Origin: a virus
Virus record (IMG/VR): IMGVR_UViG_3300036715_002570
Location: 86,678 to 150,677 of that record
DNA: 64,000 bases
Reading direction: 5' to 3' (one strand)
The notes beneath the pieces are model-generated. The model had not been told where the DNA came from. It saw only the letters and a list, made by a program, of their open reading frames with translations, and made no database searches. Shown one piece after another: positions 1 through 9,351 of this stretch. Every line of letters begins with the position of its first letter. Positions within the stretch are counted from its first letter, which is position 1. Position numbers and translations under genes: made by a program.

Positions 1-14
1 ATAGTTGATCAACA

Positions 15-638
15 ATGAGTTGGTCAATGGCGACAGAACAACAACTAAAAACGCTTGACAAATACGTAGACACGATCCACGAACTACTGATTGATCAGAT
101 CGAAGGCTTCCGCGTAAACCCTGCTCGACAACTGACGACCAATCGTCAGATATTTGTCCGAATGCTCGGCCAATTGCTGTATGAAGCACCACGCTTACAT
201 ACTGGCAAGGTCAGCATCCGTATGGTTGAAGAGAAGTTAAAAGACTTCACAGCCAAGGCATGCTTTGAACACCACCAAAGTCGTCAAAAAGGTGGCAAAG
301 CCTTCCTGCATTTAGTTGACGCAGCAGTACGTACGGGTGTCAACCCAACCGTAGAACAGGTGCGCGCAATCGCTCTGGTCTACTGTCAAGTCCATTATAC
401 GACCGCACAGGAGAATGCGCAGCTTCGAAAGCACCAGCGCAGATGCTCTAGTGAGGCCGCTTACCGCCGTGCCAACATTCCCCTAATTGAGGCACGCGAC
501 CTGTTCACGAAGCTGGGACGACACTCTGAACAGTGGAAGCGTACAATGATCGCAAAATACCAACCGATCATTGATGCATACAACACACCTGCGGTTAGCA
601 TACAGCCATTACCCGAAATGCCGATTGTCATCAACTGA
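15..638 (+). CDS. hypothetical protein, possibly HNH-like fold
   Basis: 207-aa ORF; CFEHH...YCQVHYTT..EN pattern loosely nuclease-like. Confidence 0.6.
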   Translation: MSWSMATEQQLKTLDKYVDTIHELLIDQIEGFRVNPARQLTTNRQIFVRMLGQLLYEAPRLHTGKVSIRMVEEKLKDFTAKACFEHHQSRQKGGKAFLHLVDAAVRTGVNPTVEQVRAIALVYCQVHYTTAQENAQLRKHQRRCSSEAAYRRANIPLIEARDLFTKLGRHSEQWKRTMIAKYQPIIDAYNTPAVSIQPLPEMPIVIN

Positions 639-708
639 TTGGGTTATTGTGGTGGCCACTTCCACCTGCTCCGGTGAAGTAACACTTGCTCCATTTTAAT
701 GGCCTGAT

Positions 709-897
709 CTAAGGAGACGACGGTAGATATAATTTCTTCGCGGTTGTAAGCCTTGTACCGTGCATCTTGCACTTGATCTCAACAGTAGTGCTGGCGTTGA
801 TATATATAACCTTATCGCAATCGTACCGATTGCTGTGCACCCGTTGTGACAGTTCTACAAATTGCTTCTGGGTTAACGCTGATGGTAGTATAATCAC
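709..897 (-). pseudogene. remnant of a DUF723-type/homing-endonuclease DNA-binding repeat
   Basis: LTQKQFV..SQRVHSNRYDCDKVIYINASTTVEIKCKMHG matches the VHG.KYDYSKV.Y.....KV.I.C..HG repeat, then breaks off. Confidence 0.6.
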
Positions 898-940
898 CTA
901 TAATCAAATCTGTCCCTATCTATCGAATCGGAGGCACTAA

Positions 941-1837
941 GTGGCAAAATACGAATGGTCTGAAGTTTTCTACTCTATTGAAGGGGAGGCCAAATATGCT
1001 GGGCGGCCTACTGTCTACGCGCGGTTCGCTCTGTGCAATTTCCAGTGCAAAGGATTCGGCAATCCTGAGAAATTGGATACCACAAAGATTGATGTTCTCG
1101 GATTCAACCCCGCGGACTACAAAGACATCTACTCAATCCCTCTAATTACGAGGGGGTGCGACTCCATCTATTCATGGGATCCAAAGTTCAAGCATATGTG
1201 GCGGAAGACGGATGAGCATGAGCTGGCACAAGAATTGCTGAACGTTCTTCCGAACAAATCCTTTATTCAACCATCAGGCCAGCGCGTGATCTTGTCCTTG
1301 ACGGGAGGAGAGCCAACTCTCCGTGCCAAATTCCTTCCAGCACTATTCAACGCTGCGGAGTTGTCGGACGTGAAGCATATCCTGGTAGAGACAAACTGCG
1401 CCGTTCCTCTGAAGCGTGATTTCATGATGGAAATCAACGCATGGCTTGCAGCAGACGCGGAACGAAAGTGGACGTGGAGTAATTCACCCAAACTGTCTGT
1501 CTCAGGAGAGGAGTGGGATGAAGCGATTCGCCCTGAAATCGCCGTGATGCAACGGTTGGCTACCAGCCGTGAGTTTCAGCCACAGCAGGTTGATCAGTAT
1601 TTCAAGTTCGTTTGTGACCCAACCGACGAAAGCTTCAATGAAGTAGCGAAGGCTATGGAAGAGTACTACACGGCTGGAATCCCCCGAAACACAGAGGTAT
1701 ACATCATGCCCGTGGCGTGCCAAGACACAGACCAGTCGGCGATTTCTTCAGCGGTGGCACAGCAATGCATGACTCGTGGATATATCTACTGTCACCGTGT
1801 TCACCTTGATGTGTTTGGTAACGCACCAGGAACCTGA
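941..1837 (+). CDS. queE: 7-carboxy-7-deazaguanine synthase (radical SAM)
   Basis: EVFYSIEGE, RFALCNFQC..GCDS, LTGGEP, ETN, SPKL, RVH motifs. Confidence 0.9.
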   Translation: MAKYEWSEVFYSIEGEAKYAGRPTVYARFALCNFQCKGFGNPEKLDTTKIDVLGFNPADYKDIYSIPLITRGCDSIYSWDPKFKHMWRKTDEHELAQELLNVLPNKSFIQPSGQRVILSLTGGEPTLRAKFLPALFNAAELSDVKHILVETNCAVPLKRDFMMEINAWLAADAERKWTWSNSPKLSVSGEEWDEAIRPEIAVMQRLATSREFQPQQVDQYFKFVCDPTDESFNEVAKAMEEYYTAGIPRNTEVYIMPVACQDTDQSAISSAVAQQCMTRGYIYCHRVHLDVFGNAPGT

Positions 1838-1846
1838 GGGAACAAA

Positions 1847-2131
1847 ATGATCAACAGCCTAATCACGATCAATGACAAGTCGTACCAAGTACCGGCTACA
1901 TCACGCCTGGATGCGACAGATCTCGCCGTCCTAGACGACCGCGCATGTGGGAAAAGTGCTATCAGTGTTCATGATCTCCAAGAGGCTGTGCAGGGTCGCC
2001 GATTTACTGAAGATGCCAGCTATAGTCATAACTTCAGTGCTACAAGAGCAGAGCGAGCTCGCTCCACAGAGAAACAATGTCGTGAAGCTATCACGATGAT
2101 CCGTCAGACCTTCACACAACAAGCGAGGTAA
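1847..2131 (+). CDS. hypothetical protein (N-terminus resembles the start of a beta-grasp domain)
   Basis: ORF with RBS, in operon after queE. Confidence 0.6.
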   Translation: MINSLITINDKSYQVPATSRLDATDLAVLDDRACGKSAISVHDLQEAVQGRRFTEDASYSHNFSATRAERARSTEKQCREAITMIRQTFTQQAR

Positions 2132-2132
2132 C

Positions 2133-2642
2133 ATGATTCCCGCCGGTTCAATTCACCAAAGCCACTTTGACCAAGAAGAAGGACCCTGGTGCAAACAGGT
2201 CCTTCTGTACTCTCCCGACAACGGTGGAGACAATCCAGACAACCGCATTGATTTGTATGCTGGGGAGCCTCAACGCTTGTCAGACGAGCGAATCATCGAG
2301 CTAGCGAAGAAAATCCTACGGCGAGACATCTTTGCGGGCTCTGCTCTAGCAGTATTTGCTCGAGCTGTTGAACAAGAAGCCACACAGCTACCAAAGGTGG
2401 AGAAGCTGCAAATGGTCAGGATCACAATCAACGGAAAGCCTCACTTGGTATACAACAGGCCAATGACGTACTATGACGTTGTTCGCTTGGCATGGGGTGA
2501 AGGAGATCACCCACTGTTGACGGTGACGTATGCGAGCGAACATTGCAGTGGACTGCTTGCGCCTGGTACGAACCGGCGAGAAGCGTCTGTTGTTCCGTGT
2601 GACAATATGCACTTCTGTGCTGTTCATACAGGGAACGCTTAA
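2133..2642 (+). CDS. protein with C-terminal multi-ubiquitin (ubiquitin-like) domain
   Basis: ITINGK...MTYYDVVRLAW...TVTY...GLLAPG...V..CDNMHF..VHTGNA resembles Multi_ubiq. Confidence 0.65.
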   Translation: MIPAGSIHQSHFDQEEGPWCKQVLLYSPDNGGDNPDNRIDLYAGEPQRLSDERIIELAKKILRRDIFAGSALAVFARAVEQEATQLPKVEKLQMVRITINGKPHLVYNRPMTYYDVVRLAWGEGDHPLLTVTYASEHCSGLLAPGTNRREASVVPCDNMHFCAVHTGNA

Positions 2643-2644
2643 TT

Positions 2645-2941
2645 ATGGTAGCAAAACTCAAGTTGGATGAAGAGGTCGCTGTGTCCTACGCGGTGAACAT
2701 TCGTGGTGAGAAGGCTGACCCAAATACGATCCAGTTTTTTAACGGTCACGAGTCATTGTTCACTGCGGTGCAAGTGATGCGGTTGGCTGACAAATTGGGT
2801 GTTAAATTGGTGCAGGATGATAAATCTAATTGGACCGCTTTTCAGTACCAAGGAAAGCACCTGTCTAACGTCAACTTTTATCATCCTAGTCACGCCTATG
2901 CTTTCCTGTTGGGTGTGGCTGCCATCAAGGGAATTACATGA
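2645..2941 (+). CDS. hypothetical protein
   Basis: contiguous ORF in operon. Confidence 0.65.
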   Translation: MVAKLKLDEEVAVSYAVNIRGEKADPNTIQFFNGHESLFTAVQVMRLADKLGVKLVQDDKSNWTAFQYQGKHLSNVNFYHPSHAYAFLLGVAAIKGIT

Positions 2942-3375
2942 GCCACAAATTTACCGTGCACGTAGAGGGTGCTGACACGGCAGCAAAGAAGGCACTAACA
3001 CACCTGCTAGCCTCATTTCTGGAAGACAGCGTCAAGCACGTAATCGTTCCAGGCGAACGTATGTCAATGCAGAAGATTTTCGGGCAGATGGATCGAATTC
3101 AAGACCATGCTGTGGTTGAATTCGTCACAGATGCTCCCGTGGTGCACACCGTTCAAGCGGTAGTTGCACCTACAACGGTTGCTGGCACTGCTCCTACCTA
3201 CACGGCCGCCACTGTATCTGCACCTGCCACTGTATCCGTTTCCGCAAGTGCTGTTGATGAAGACGGTGACGCGTTGACTCTGCCAAACGTAGCAGAGTTT
3301 CTTCCTCCAACCCCTGCGAAGGCATTACCGCAGCATCCTGCTACTGTGATGGCACGACCAAAGCATCGTTGGTAA
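2938..3375 (+). CDS. hypothetical protein with Ala/Thr/Pro-rich tail
   Basis: ATGA overlap with upstream gene. Confidence 0.65.
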   Translation: MSHKFTVHVEGADTAAKKALTHLLASFLEDSVKHVIVPGERMSMQKIFGQMDRIQDHAVVEFVTDAPVVHTVQAVVAPTTVAGTAPTYTAATVSAPATVSVSASAVDEDGDALTLPNVAEFLPPTPAKALPQHPATVMARPKHRW

Positions 3376-3420
3376 AGTGAAGCCCATGCCTCGTAAATAG
3401 CACGACTATGGAGGGGGCAC

Positions 3421-3546
3421 ATGGAGAGCAATTGGCACAACTGGTTTGCGTGGCGGCCAGTTCGAATGATGGGTGGTAGGATTGTATGGTTCTGCTACGT
3501 ATGGCGCCGTCGAATTCGACAGCAATGGCAATATCACGTTTTCTGA
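3421..3546 (+). CDS. small Trp-rich phage protein (WHNWFAWRPVR family), not in ORF track
   Basis: GGAGG RBS; MESNWHNWFAWRPVRMMGGRIVWFCYVWRRR. Confidence 0.65.
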   Translation: MESNWHNWFAWRPVRMMGGRIVWFCYVWRRRIRQQWQYHVF

Positions 3547-3556
3547 AAGGCCAACG

Positions 3557-3814
3557 ATGGACATGAAGACCACTGGCTACGCAGCAATTGATCTCCAAGA
3601 GTTCCTTGAGATCGTATTGATGTGGCATTGCAGTGGTGATATTCCCATGGACCGCAAGTCAACTGCGGAGTTCATTGAGACGGACACCTTCAGTGAATTT
3701 CTGATGTCCGTTAAGCACTGGGCGCGCAGATTTGGTGTAAAGGTACCAACGACAGCTGAGATCGTCAAGACGCTGTACGCGCTATACAACGATCCTGCGC
3801 GTTGCAGTACATGA
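3557..3814 (+). CDS. hypothetical protein
   Basis: ATG 3557 just after upstream stop. Confidence 0.55.
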   Translation: MDMKTTGYAAIDLQEFLEIVLMWHCSGDIPMDRKSTAEFIETDTFSEFLMSVKHWARRFGVKVPTTAEIVKTLYALYNDPARCST

Positions 3815-3851
3815 CGGTTGCGATATATACTCCGATCTAACAGGAGTTTCT

Positions 3852-4280
3852 ATGTCGTACGATAAAAAGTTGGTCTACCGGGCAAGTCTAATCCCATATG
3901 TCGTGGAGAACGGCCAGGTACTGATGATGTTCATGAAGCCGTCCAACCCTGAGTATGGCGGCAATACCTACCAACTGGCCAAGGGCCGCATTGAAGATGG
4001 TGAGGACTCGAAGGCTGCTGCGATCCGTGAAGCGAAAGAAGAGCTCGGCTTGTTCGTTGGCAATGTTGTATTGACCGAAAGCATCGGTCAATTCATGGGT
4101 AGGACGTCGGTATACGTTGCCAAAGTCAAGGATCGCAATATGTTCGGTGAGCCGGATTTTGAAACGGAAAGCGTCACGTGGATGACGGCCGAAGAGTTTG
4201 ATCACGTTGGTCGTGATCTCCACCGCCCCGTAGTCAAGGCTGCTGTGCGGAAAATTTGTCAGTTGGAGAAGCTACAATGA
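3852..4280 (+). CDS. Nudix hydrolase
   Basis: Nudix box GRIEDGEDSKAAAIREAKEELG. Confidence 0.9.
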   Translation: MSYDKKLVYRASLIPYVVENGQVLMMFMKPSNPEYGGNTYQLAKGRIEDGEDSKAAAIREAKEELGLFVGNVVLTESIGQFMGRTSVYVAKVKDRNMFGEPDFETESVTWMTAEEFDHVGRDLHRPVVKAAVRKICQLEKLQ

Positions 4281-4540
4281 AGTTACGAGCACTATTAGAG
4301 CGAGATTACACGTACCCTGTATCGGTTCAGTACGAACAGGAATACACAAATGCGGACGGTGAGGTTGACGTCGAGGAAGATCCATACGCTACAGGTGATT
4401 CTCCGTCGCTGTCTTCTTTTGAGCCGACAGCTGTGTTCGTGACGGACACAAAGGAGCAGCTGGATCTTGCAGCGTTCCTCAAGTCGTTGACACCAGCACT
4501 GTACGAGTGGATTACCAGCGAAGCGCTGGAATTGGCCTAA
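4277..4540 (+). CDS. small acidic protein, possible head-targeted protein
   Basis: MKLRALLE N-terminus; ATGA overlap. Confidence 0.55.
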   Translation: MKLRALLERDYTYPVSVQYEQEYTNADGEVDVEEDPYATGDSPSLSSFEPTAVFVTDTKEQLDLAAFLKSLTPALYEWITSEALELA

Positions 4541-4557
4541 TACTAGACGTGCCCTCA

Positions 4558-4563
4558 TAAATA
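4558..4563 (+). promoter_or_regulatory. T4-late-like TAAATA motif (others at 3394, 7496, 22342, 24683 on +; 13125 and 23755 on -)
   Basis: TAAATA shortly upstream of gene starts; a short motif, so position is the main evidence. Confidence 0.5.
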
Positions 4564-4590
4564 CTCCTACAACTCTGTAGGAGAACCAAT

Positions 4591-5355
4591 ATGAGTACAC
4601 AATGGAATATGGCTTCAGTACGCCGCCTCGCCGGCCTGCCACTGACAGAAGGTTGGATGCGTGATGACGACGACGATGATGAAGATCCAGACGTCAAGAT
4701 TGTCAATGCTGACAAGGGCCAAACGGCTTTCGAACGCAAGAACAAGAGCCACCTCGATGACAACGCTGAAGCACTGAAGAAACGCACAGCTGAAGTCAAG
4801 GCAAAGGCAGCTGAGAAAAAGGCCGAGAAGAAGGCTGAACCAAAGTCTGAGACCCCTGCAAAGGACAAGACAGAAGAGAAGTCTCCACCTGCTGAAAAGG
4901 CTCCTGCTAAGGCTGAGCCAGCCAAGGAAGAAAAGAAGGTTGAAGCTGCGGCTGAGAAGAAGCGTCGTGGTAAGGCTCCTGATGAGAACAGCAAGTCGGG
5001 CCAGATGCGTACGTGGTACAACGCAAACAAGCCAACACAGCGCAAGCACTTCCTTGCTCATGCAGCAAAGATTGGCATGAGCGCTGCTCAGGCATCAACC
5101 TTGCATGCCAAGCTGAATCCAAAGTCTGGCCGCGAGGTCAAGACCGACGAGTGCTACGTGATTACACACCCGTTCATGCCATCGTTCATGCTTGCAGAAA
5201 ACCGCGAAATGAACGGTCAAATGCAGTGGATCGATCCAGCAAGCCCTCTCGATCCATTGGTGTTTGAAACCGCTGAGGAAGCTCAGAAGGTTGTCAAGTA
5301 CATGGCTGAGTGGAAGGGTCAAACATCCAAGGTAACGAAGGTTGTGTTTGACTGA
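4591..5355 (+). CDS. probable internal head protein; K/E/A-rich linker plus divergent copy of the shared helical domain
   Basis: RRLAGLPLTE leader, TAAATA upstream, SKSGQMRTWY..R...GMSAAQASTL. Confidence 0.6.
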   Translation: MSTQWNMASVRRLAGLPLTEGWMRDDDDDDEDPDVKIVNADKGQTAFERKNKSHLDDNAEALKKRTAEVKAKAAEKKAEKKAEPKSETPAKDKTEEKSPPAEKAPAKAEPAKEEKKVEAAAEKKRRGKAPDENSKSGQMRTWYNANKPTQRKHFLAHAAKIGMSAAQASTLHAKLNPKSGREVKTDECYVITHPFMPSFMLAENREMNGQMQWIDPASPLDPLVFETAEEAQKVVKYMAEWKGQTSKVTKVVFD

Positions 5356-5496
5356 TCATGAACTCGCTGTTCTACACTGTCTGGCTCGGCGTTCAGGTAA
5401 TCCATCCAGACACCCATGTGGCTAATTGCAAAGCTCCGCGGTAAGACGTATGAGTGGTGGGGCGGCGTACAGTAAGACGCAAACTTACTAGTAAAC

Positions 5497-5525
5497 AAAG
5501 GGAAGCGTTGCTTCCCTTTCTTTTT
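5497..5525 (+). terminator. intrinsic terminator
   Basis: aaagggaagc-gtt-gcttcccttt followed by T-run. Confidence 0.8.
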
Positions 5526-5565
5526 GCCTATACGATATAGGCTTCTATCTACGTATGAAGCTCCT

Positions 5566-6045
5566 GTGAACAAACTTCTTGCCGCCCTGATGCTCGTCGC
5601 GTTTAACGCTTATGCGGTCGACGCCCCTGATCCGACGCTGACTCCTGGCGCCGCCCGAACGACGGACCCCGCTGACATCTGCTCGACCGCTGGTCACAAG
5701 ATCAGCACAAAGGATGTCCGCAATGTGCCAGAGTCCGTCAAGAGGCAAGTGTTCGCTGAGTATCACGTTGACGGTGGCAACCACACTGGTTACTGTGCTG
5801 TGACGAGCGGATGTGAAGTTGACCATCTGATCAGCCTGGAACTCGGCGGCAGCAACGACATCAAGAACCTGTGGCCGCAGCCGTACACCGGTGTGTGGAA
5901 TGCACACATGAAGGATGCGTTGGAGGATAAACTGCACCACATGGTCTGCACTGGTCAGATTTCGCTCCCCGATGCCCAACATGCGATCGCTTCCAACTGG
6001 AAGGGGGCATGGGTGAAGTACGTTAACAAGGGACAACCAAAATGA
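5566..6045 (+). CDS. exported HNH-type nuclease-fold protein
   Basis: signal peptide NKLLAALMLVAFNAYA; EVDHLISLELGGSN..NLWPQ. Confidence 0.7.
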   Translation: MNKLLAALMLVAFNAYAVDAPDPTLTPGAARTTDPADICSTAGHKISTKDVRNVPESVKRQVFAEYHVDGGNHTGYCAVTSGCEVDHLISLELGGSNDIKNLWPQPYTGVWNAHMKDALEDKLHHMVCTGQISLPDAQHAIASNWKGAWVKYVNKGQPK

Positions 6046-6314
6046 TTGCGTTGGGTACATACGTTCAGTTCAAGCCAGAAATGTTCCTCCCGCCGAATAC
6101 TCCATGGTATGATGGCTATGAAGGCCACGTATTCGAGGTGATCGGTTACATGCCGAACCAGGGGATTGAATTCGACCTGTCATCCCCTGAGCTCAAGGGA
6201 ACACCATTCGATCACGGTGACGTTGTGTACGACCACATCAGTCTGAAGTGCGTCACTGGCGATGTGGTCGTACGTGGATACGTCCATGATTGGGATGTGA
6301 TTCAGGTACCTTGA
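6042..6314 (+). CDS. hypothetical protein
   Basis: ATGA overlap. Confidence 0.6.
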   Translation: MIALGTYVQFKPEMFLPPNTPWYDGYEGHVFEVIGYMPNQGIEFDLSSPELKGTPFDHGDVVYDHISLKCVTGDVVVRGYVHDWDVIQVP

Positions 6315-6409
6315 CCTGTTCGCTGAACAGAATATATAGTAGATGACAGGTCTTCGGCTCATCCCTGCTAACTCTGCGCCAAAACAATAACTACAACAAG
6401 GAATAGAGC

Positions 6410-6937
6410 ATGAGCACACAGTACCCCGCAATTGAATATAAGTGGACCTCTTCCAAGGAATATGTTGATGCATTTCCTGTTGCATACCGGCAATGGAGAG
6501 ATGATGATAAGAATGGAGATATTCCTGGATGCAATAAAATTCACGGATATGCTTTCAGCATGAAATTTGAGTTTGGATCTAATGAACTTGATCGCCGAAA
6601 TTGGGTTCAAGATTATGGATCTCTCAAGCCACTGAAAGAGTTCTTACAATCCCAGTTTGACCATACCTTGTTGGTCGCATCCGACGATCCTGAGTTGAGT
6701 TGGTATAAAGAGGCTGATAAGCGAGGGATCGCAAAGGTAATTGAACTACCCAATCTGGGGTGCGAATGTCTGGCTGATATGTTGTACAAGTACGTCAATG
6801 GTGTGTTTATTCCCACCGCATTCGGTTCGGGAGAATCAGATCGCATTTGGTGCTACAGGGTTTCAGTGCGAGAAACACAATCGAATGTCGCGTCTCGCAC
6901 TGGTCATCGTGGGTGGGGAGAGGACCTCTTTGCCTGA
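6410..6937 (+). CDS. queD: 6-carboxy-5,6,7,8-tetrahydropterin synthase
   Basis: CNKIHGY, WVQDYG.LK, FDHTLLV, CE, VRET motifs. Confidence 0.88.
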   Translation: MSTQYPAIEYKWTSSKEYVDAFPVAYRQWRDDDKNGDIPGCNKIHGYAFSMKFEFGSNELDRRNWVQDYGSLKPLKEFLQSQFDHTLLVASDDPELSWYKEADKRGIAKVIELPNLGCECLADMLYKYVNGVFIPTAFGSGESDRIWCYRVSVRETQSNVASRTGHRGWGEDLFA

Positions 6938-7012
6938 AGTAGTAGTTCGCCACGGTGGTAGACAGCGCCGTGACCATAAACTTCTAAAAGTTTGGTATAG
7001 GCATTCGTCAGC

Positions 7013-7201
7013 ATGAGCACATCCACAGCCCAACCCGTCGCCGATACATTCAATGAATGTATCGCTCAAGAGTTGATTCTGCAAGTCAATCCAAATGCAA
7101 CAGAGGCAGAGATTACCGAGACTTGGCACAAGTGTCGCGATAATCCTTGGGATGCTGGCATCCTGTATGCTCTGTTGCAACTCGCAAGGGAGCGCGCATG
7201 A
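7013..7201 (+). CDS. hypothetical protein
   Basis: 62-aa ORF. Confidence 0.45.
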   Translation: MSTSTAQPVADTFNECIAQELILQVNPNATEAEITETWHKCRDNPWDAGILYALLQLARERA

Positions 7202-7528
7202 TCGATACAACCGTCACCGTGTCGGGGATGGGTGGGTGCATCCAGAATGAGATTTTCTTGATCTCTGGTGCACCCCGCGCAGCGGGGGTTCATTGTCAAG
7301 GTGGATGACTCATACTCCCCCACAGAGAAGTACGACGACCCCCTCAACACTCCAACAGGTTCGCCAGCATTGTCAGAAATTCAATGCTGGCATACTATCC
7401 CCTAACAGACCGCAAGCACGAACCAAATACTGTACGTATTATTGCTCGCCATATTCCCCGGGGGCGGTTAAACACAACATTGAAAGTGAATGCCATAAAT
7501 ACAGCACCTGCCCCATAGGAGCGTATGT

Positions 7529-8803
7529 ATGACATTCAAAATGATCCGGGAAGCACAAGCGCTTGCCCGCCTCGGCCGTAATGCTGAATTCACCCAAACC
7601 GTTAAGAACGTGTTGGGTGTTGACTCTGTAATCGGCTTGCCTGTGCTGCACGAAGGTGCAAGCCCTGAGCCAAGTGACTTCTCAACTTGGCTAACGACTC
7701 TCGTCGATCACGCCGCTGATGCTGGCATCAACATTTCAAAGCGTCAGGACTTTATGGACCTGGCCCACGAAATGTTTGACAACGACCCAAAGATGGGTAT
7801 GTTTGGTGGTGGCCACAAGATGCGTGAGCGTTGTGCCAATATGCTGTGGGCTCAGTACAAGATGAACCAAGCCCACCAGCAAGTGCAAGATCACGTTGCC
7901 AACGTTGTTGCCCCAGGCAACGAAAACGAAGAGTCTGGCTTCAGCCAAGCGCTGACGATGGCCAAGGGTAGCGAAAATGAAGAGCGTGCTCGCACAAAAG
8001 CGCCTGTTCTTGCTCGTGCTCTGAAGGTTAACACGAAGACCAAGAAGAACCCATACCCAGCTGGATCTCTCCGTGCAGCGCTGTGGGATGACCTGCATTC
8101 AGGCTCTGAGGATGAGGAAGAAGATCCAGAACTGCAAGACGATGTCAACGATGAGATTCCATCCGACATGGACGAGCCAGATTCATCCGATATGTCTCCA
8201 GATCAACTCGCCATGCGCATTACCGGTGTAGCACACACTAGCGAGGATGACGAGGGCGACATCGAAGCACGTCTCGATGACCTAGAACAGCGCGTATCTG
8301 ACATCGAAGGTACAGATAAGGACGTCGGCAACGATGAACTGCTGGACCAGGAGCGCGAAGACAATCCAGAAATGGATCATCCAAAGGCTGATGACGACAC
8401 CGACGACGCTGGCATCGACCAGATGGGCGATGACGAGTACGCTGACGATGATGGTGAGGAAGATCCGATTGCCGCTGTCCGCAATAAGCCAGAAGGTGAA
8501 AAGCCTCGTGCTTTCCAACCAGGTGCACGCTTCCAAGAGGACGAAGAGTTTTCACCGGAAGTAACCAAGACGATTTTCCAACACGCCATCACACAACCTA
8601 AGCAGCATATGGCTCAGGCTCTGAAGGATGAGGAAGATGCTGGTGCGACAGCTTGGCTGAAGACACAACTGCCTAAGAATCCCCACCCAAAGGATTCACC
8701 AGCACACCGTGCTTGGATGAAGGGTCTGCGCAACACTGCTGCGCAAGCTCTGGGTATTAACCTGAAGCCTCGCGACCCCGTGAAGACCAAGAAGAAGCGC
8801 TAA
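7529..8803 (+). CDS. acidic probable internal head protein
   Basis: TAAATA + GGAG upstream; repeated E(N/D)EE motifs; two KNP(Y/H)P..S....W repeats. Confidence 0.6.
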   Translation: MTFKMIREAQALARLGRNAEFTQTVKNVLGVDSVIGLPVLHEGASPEPSDFSTWLTTLVDHAADAGINISKRQDFMDLAHEMFDNDPKMGMFGGGHKMRERCANMLWAQYKMNQAHQQVQDHVANVVAPGNENEESGFSQALTMAKGSENEERARTKAPVLARALKVNTKTKKNPYPAGSLRAALWDDLHSGSEDEEEDPELQDDVNDEIPSDMDEPDSSDMSPDQLAMRITGVAHTSEDDEGDIEARLDDLEQRVSDIEGTDKDVGNDELLDQEREDNPEMDHPKADDDTDDAGIDQMGDDEYADDDGEEDPIAAVRNKPEGEKPRAFQPGARFQEDEEFSPEVTKTIFQHAITQPKQHMAQALKDEEDAGATAWLKTQLPKNPHPKDSPAHRAWMKGLRNTAAQALGINLKPRDPVKTKKKR

Positions 8804-8911
8804 TGCACCGCGCGTAGAGAGAACTAGAGCACCCAACAGTGTTCAGTTCTCTCTACTCACTTTCGGTCGTATAATCATAACAGACGTGTATGTAACACGC
8901 AAGAGAAAACA

Positions 8912-9283
8912 ATGCAAGAAGCGAAGCCTTTCCTGACGGTTCAAGAGCTGATCGATCACGTTGACACCGTTCTCCTATCGTATCAATCCGTGCTCCAGCA
9001 TGCGCGCGCCGGCACGATTGACACTCTATACCATAGCACCATCAAGTGCGTCGTTGACGAAATGATGATGATGCCTTCTCGTCGTGTAGACTTGAAGATG
9101 GAGGTGGTTGAGGAGCAGCAAAAGGTAACTGAGGGGATGGCTACAATCACTAACATCCTCGCTGCAATGTGTGATCGTACCCTAACTGAAGTTACTGAAG
9201 ATGTGGCTAAGGTAATAGGCGAATTTCCCCAGCAGGATGTCATTACAGCCACACAGCTTCGCCGAACGAATATGCTCAACTGA
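8912..9283 (+). CDS. hypothetical protein
   Basis: 123-aa ORF. Confidence 0.65.
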   Translation: MQEAKPFLTVQELIDHVDTVLLSYQSVLQHARAGTIDTLYHSTIKCVVDEMMMMPSRRVDLKMEVVEEQQKVTEGMATITNILAAMCDRTLTEVTEDVAKVIGEFPQQDVITATQLRRTNMLN

Positions 9284-9351
9284 GTTGAGCATTAAACCCC
9301 TATCAGATAGGATATCGGTCATTCCAGCCGCTATCCTGCTGAGGAGGCCCT

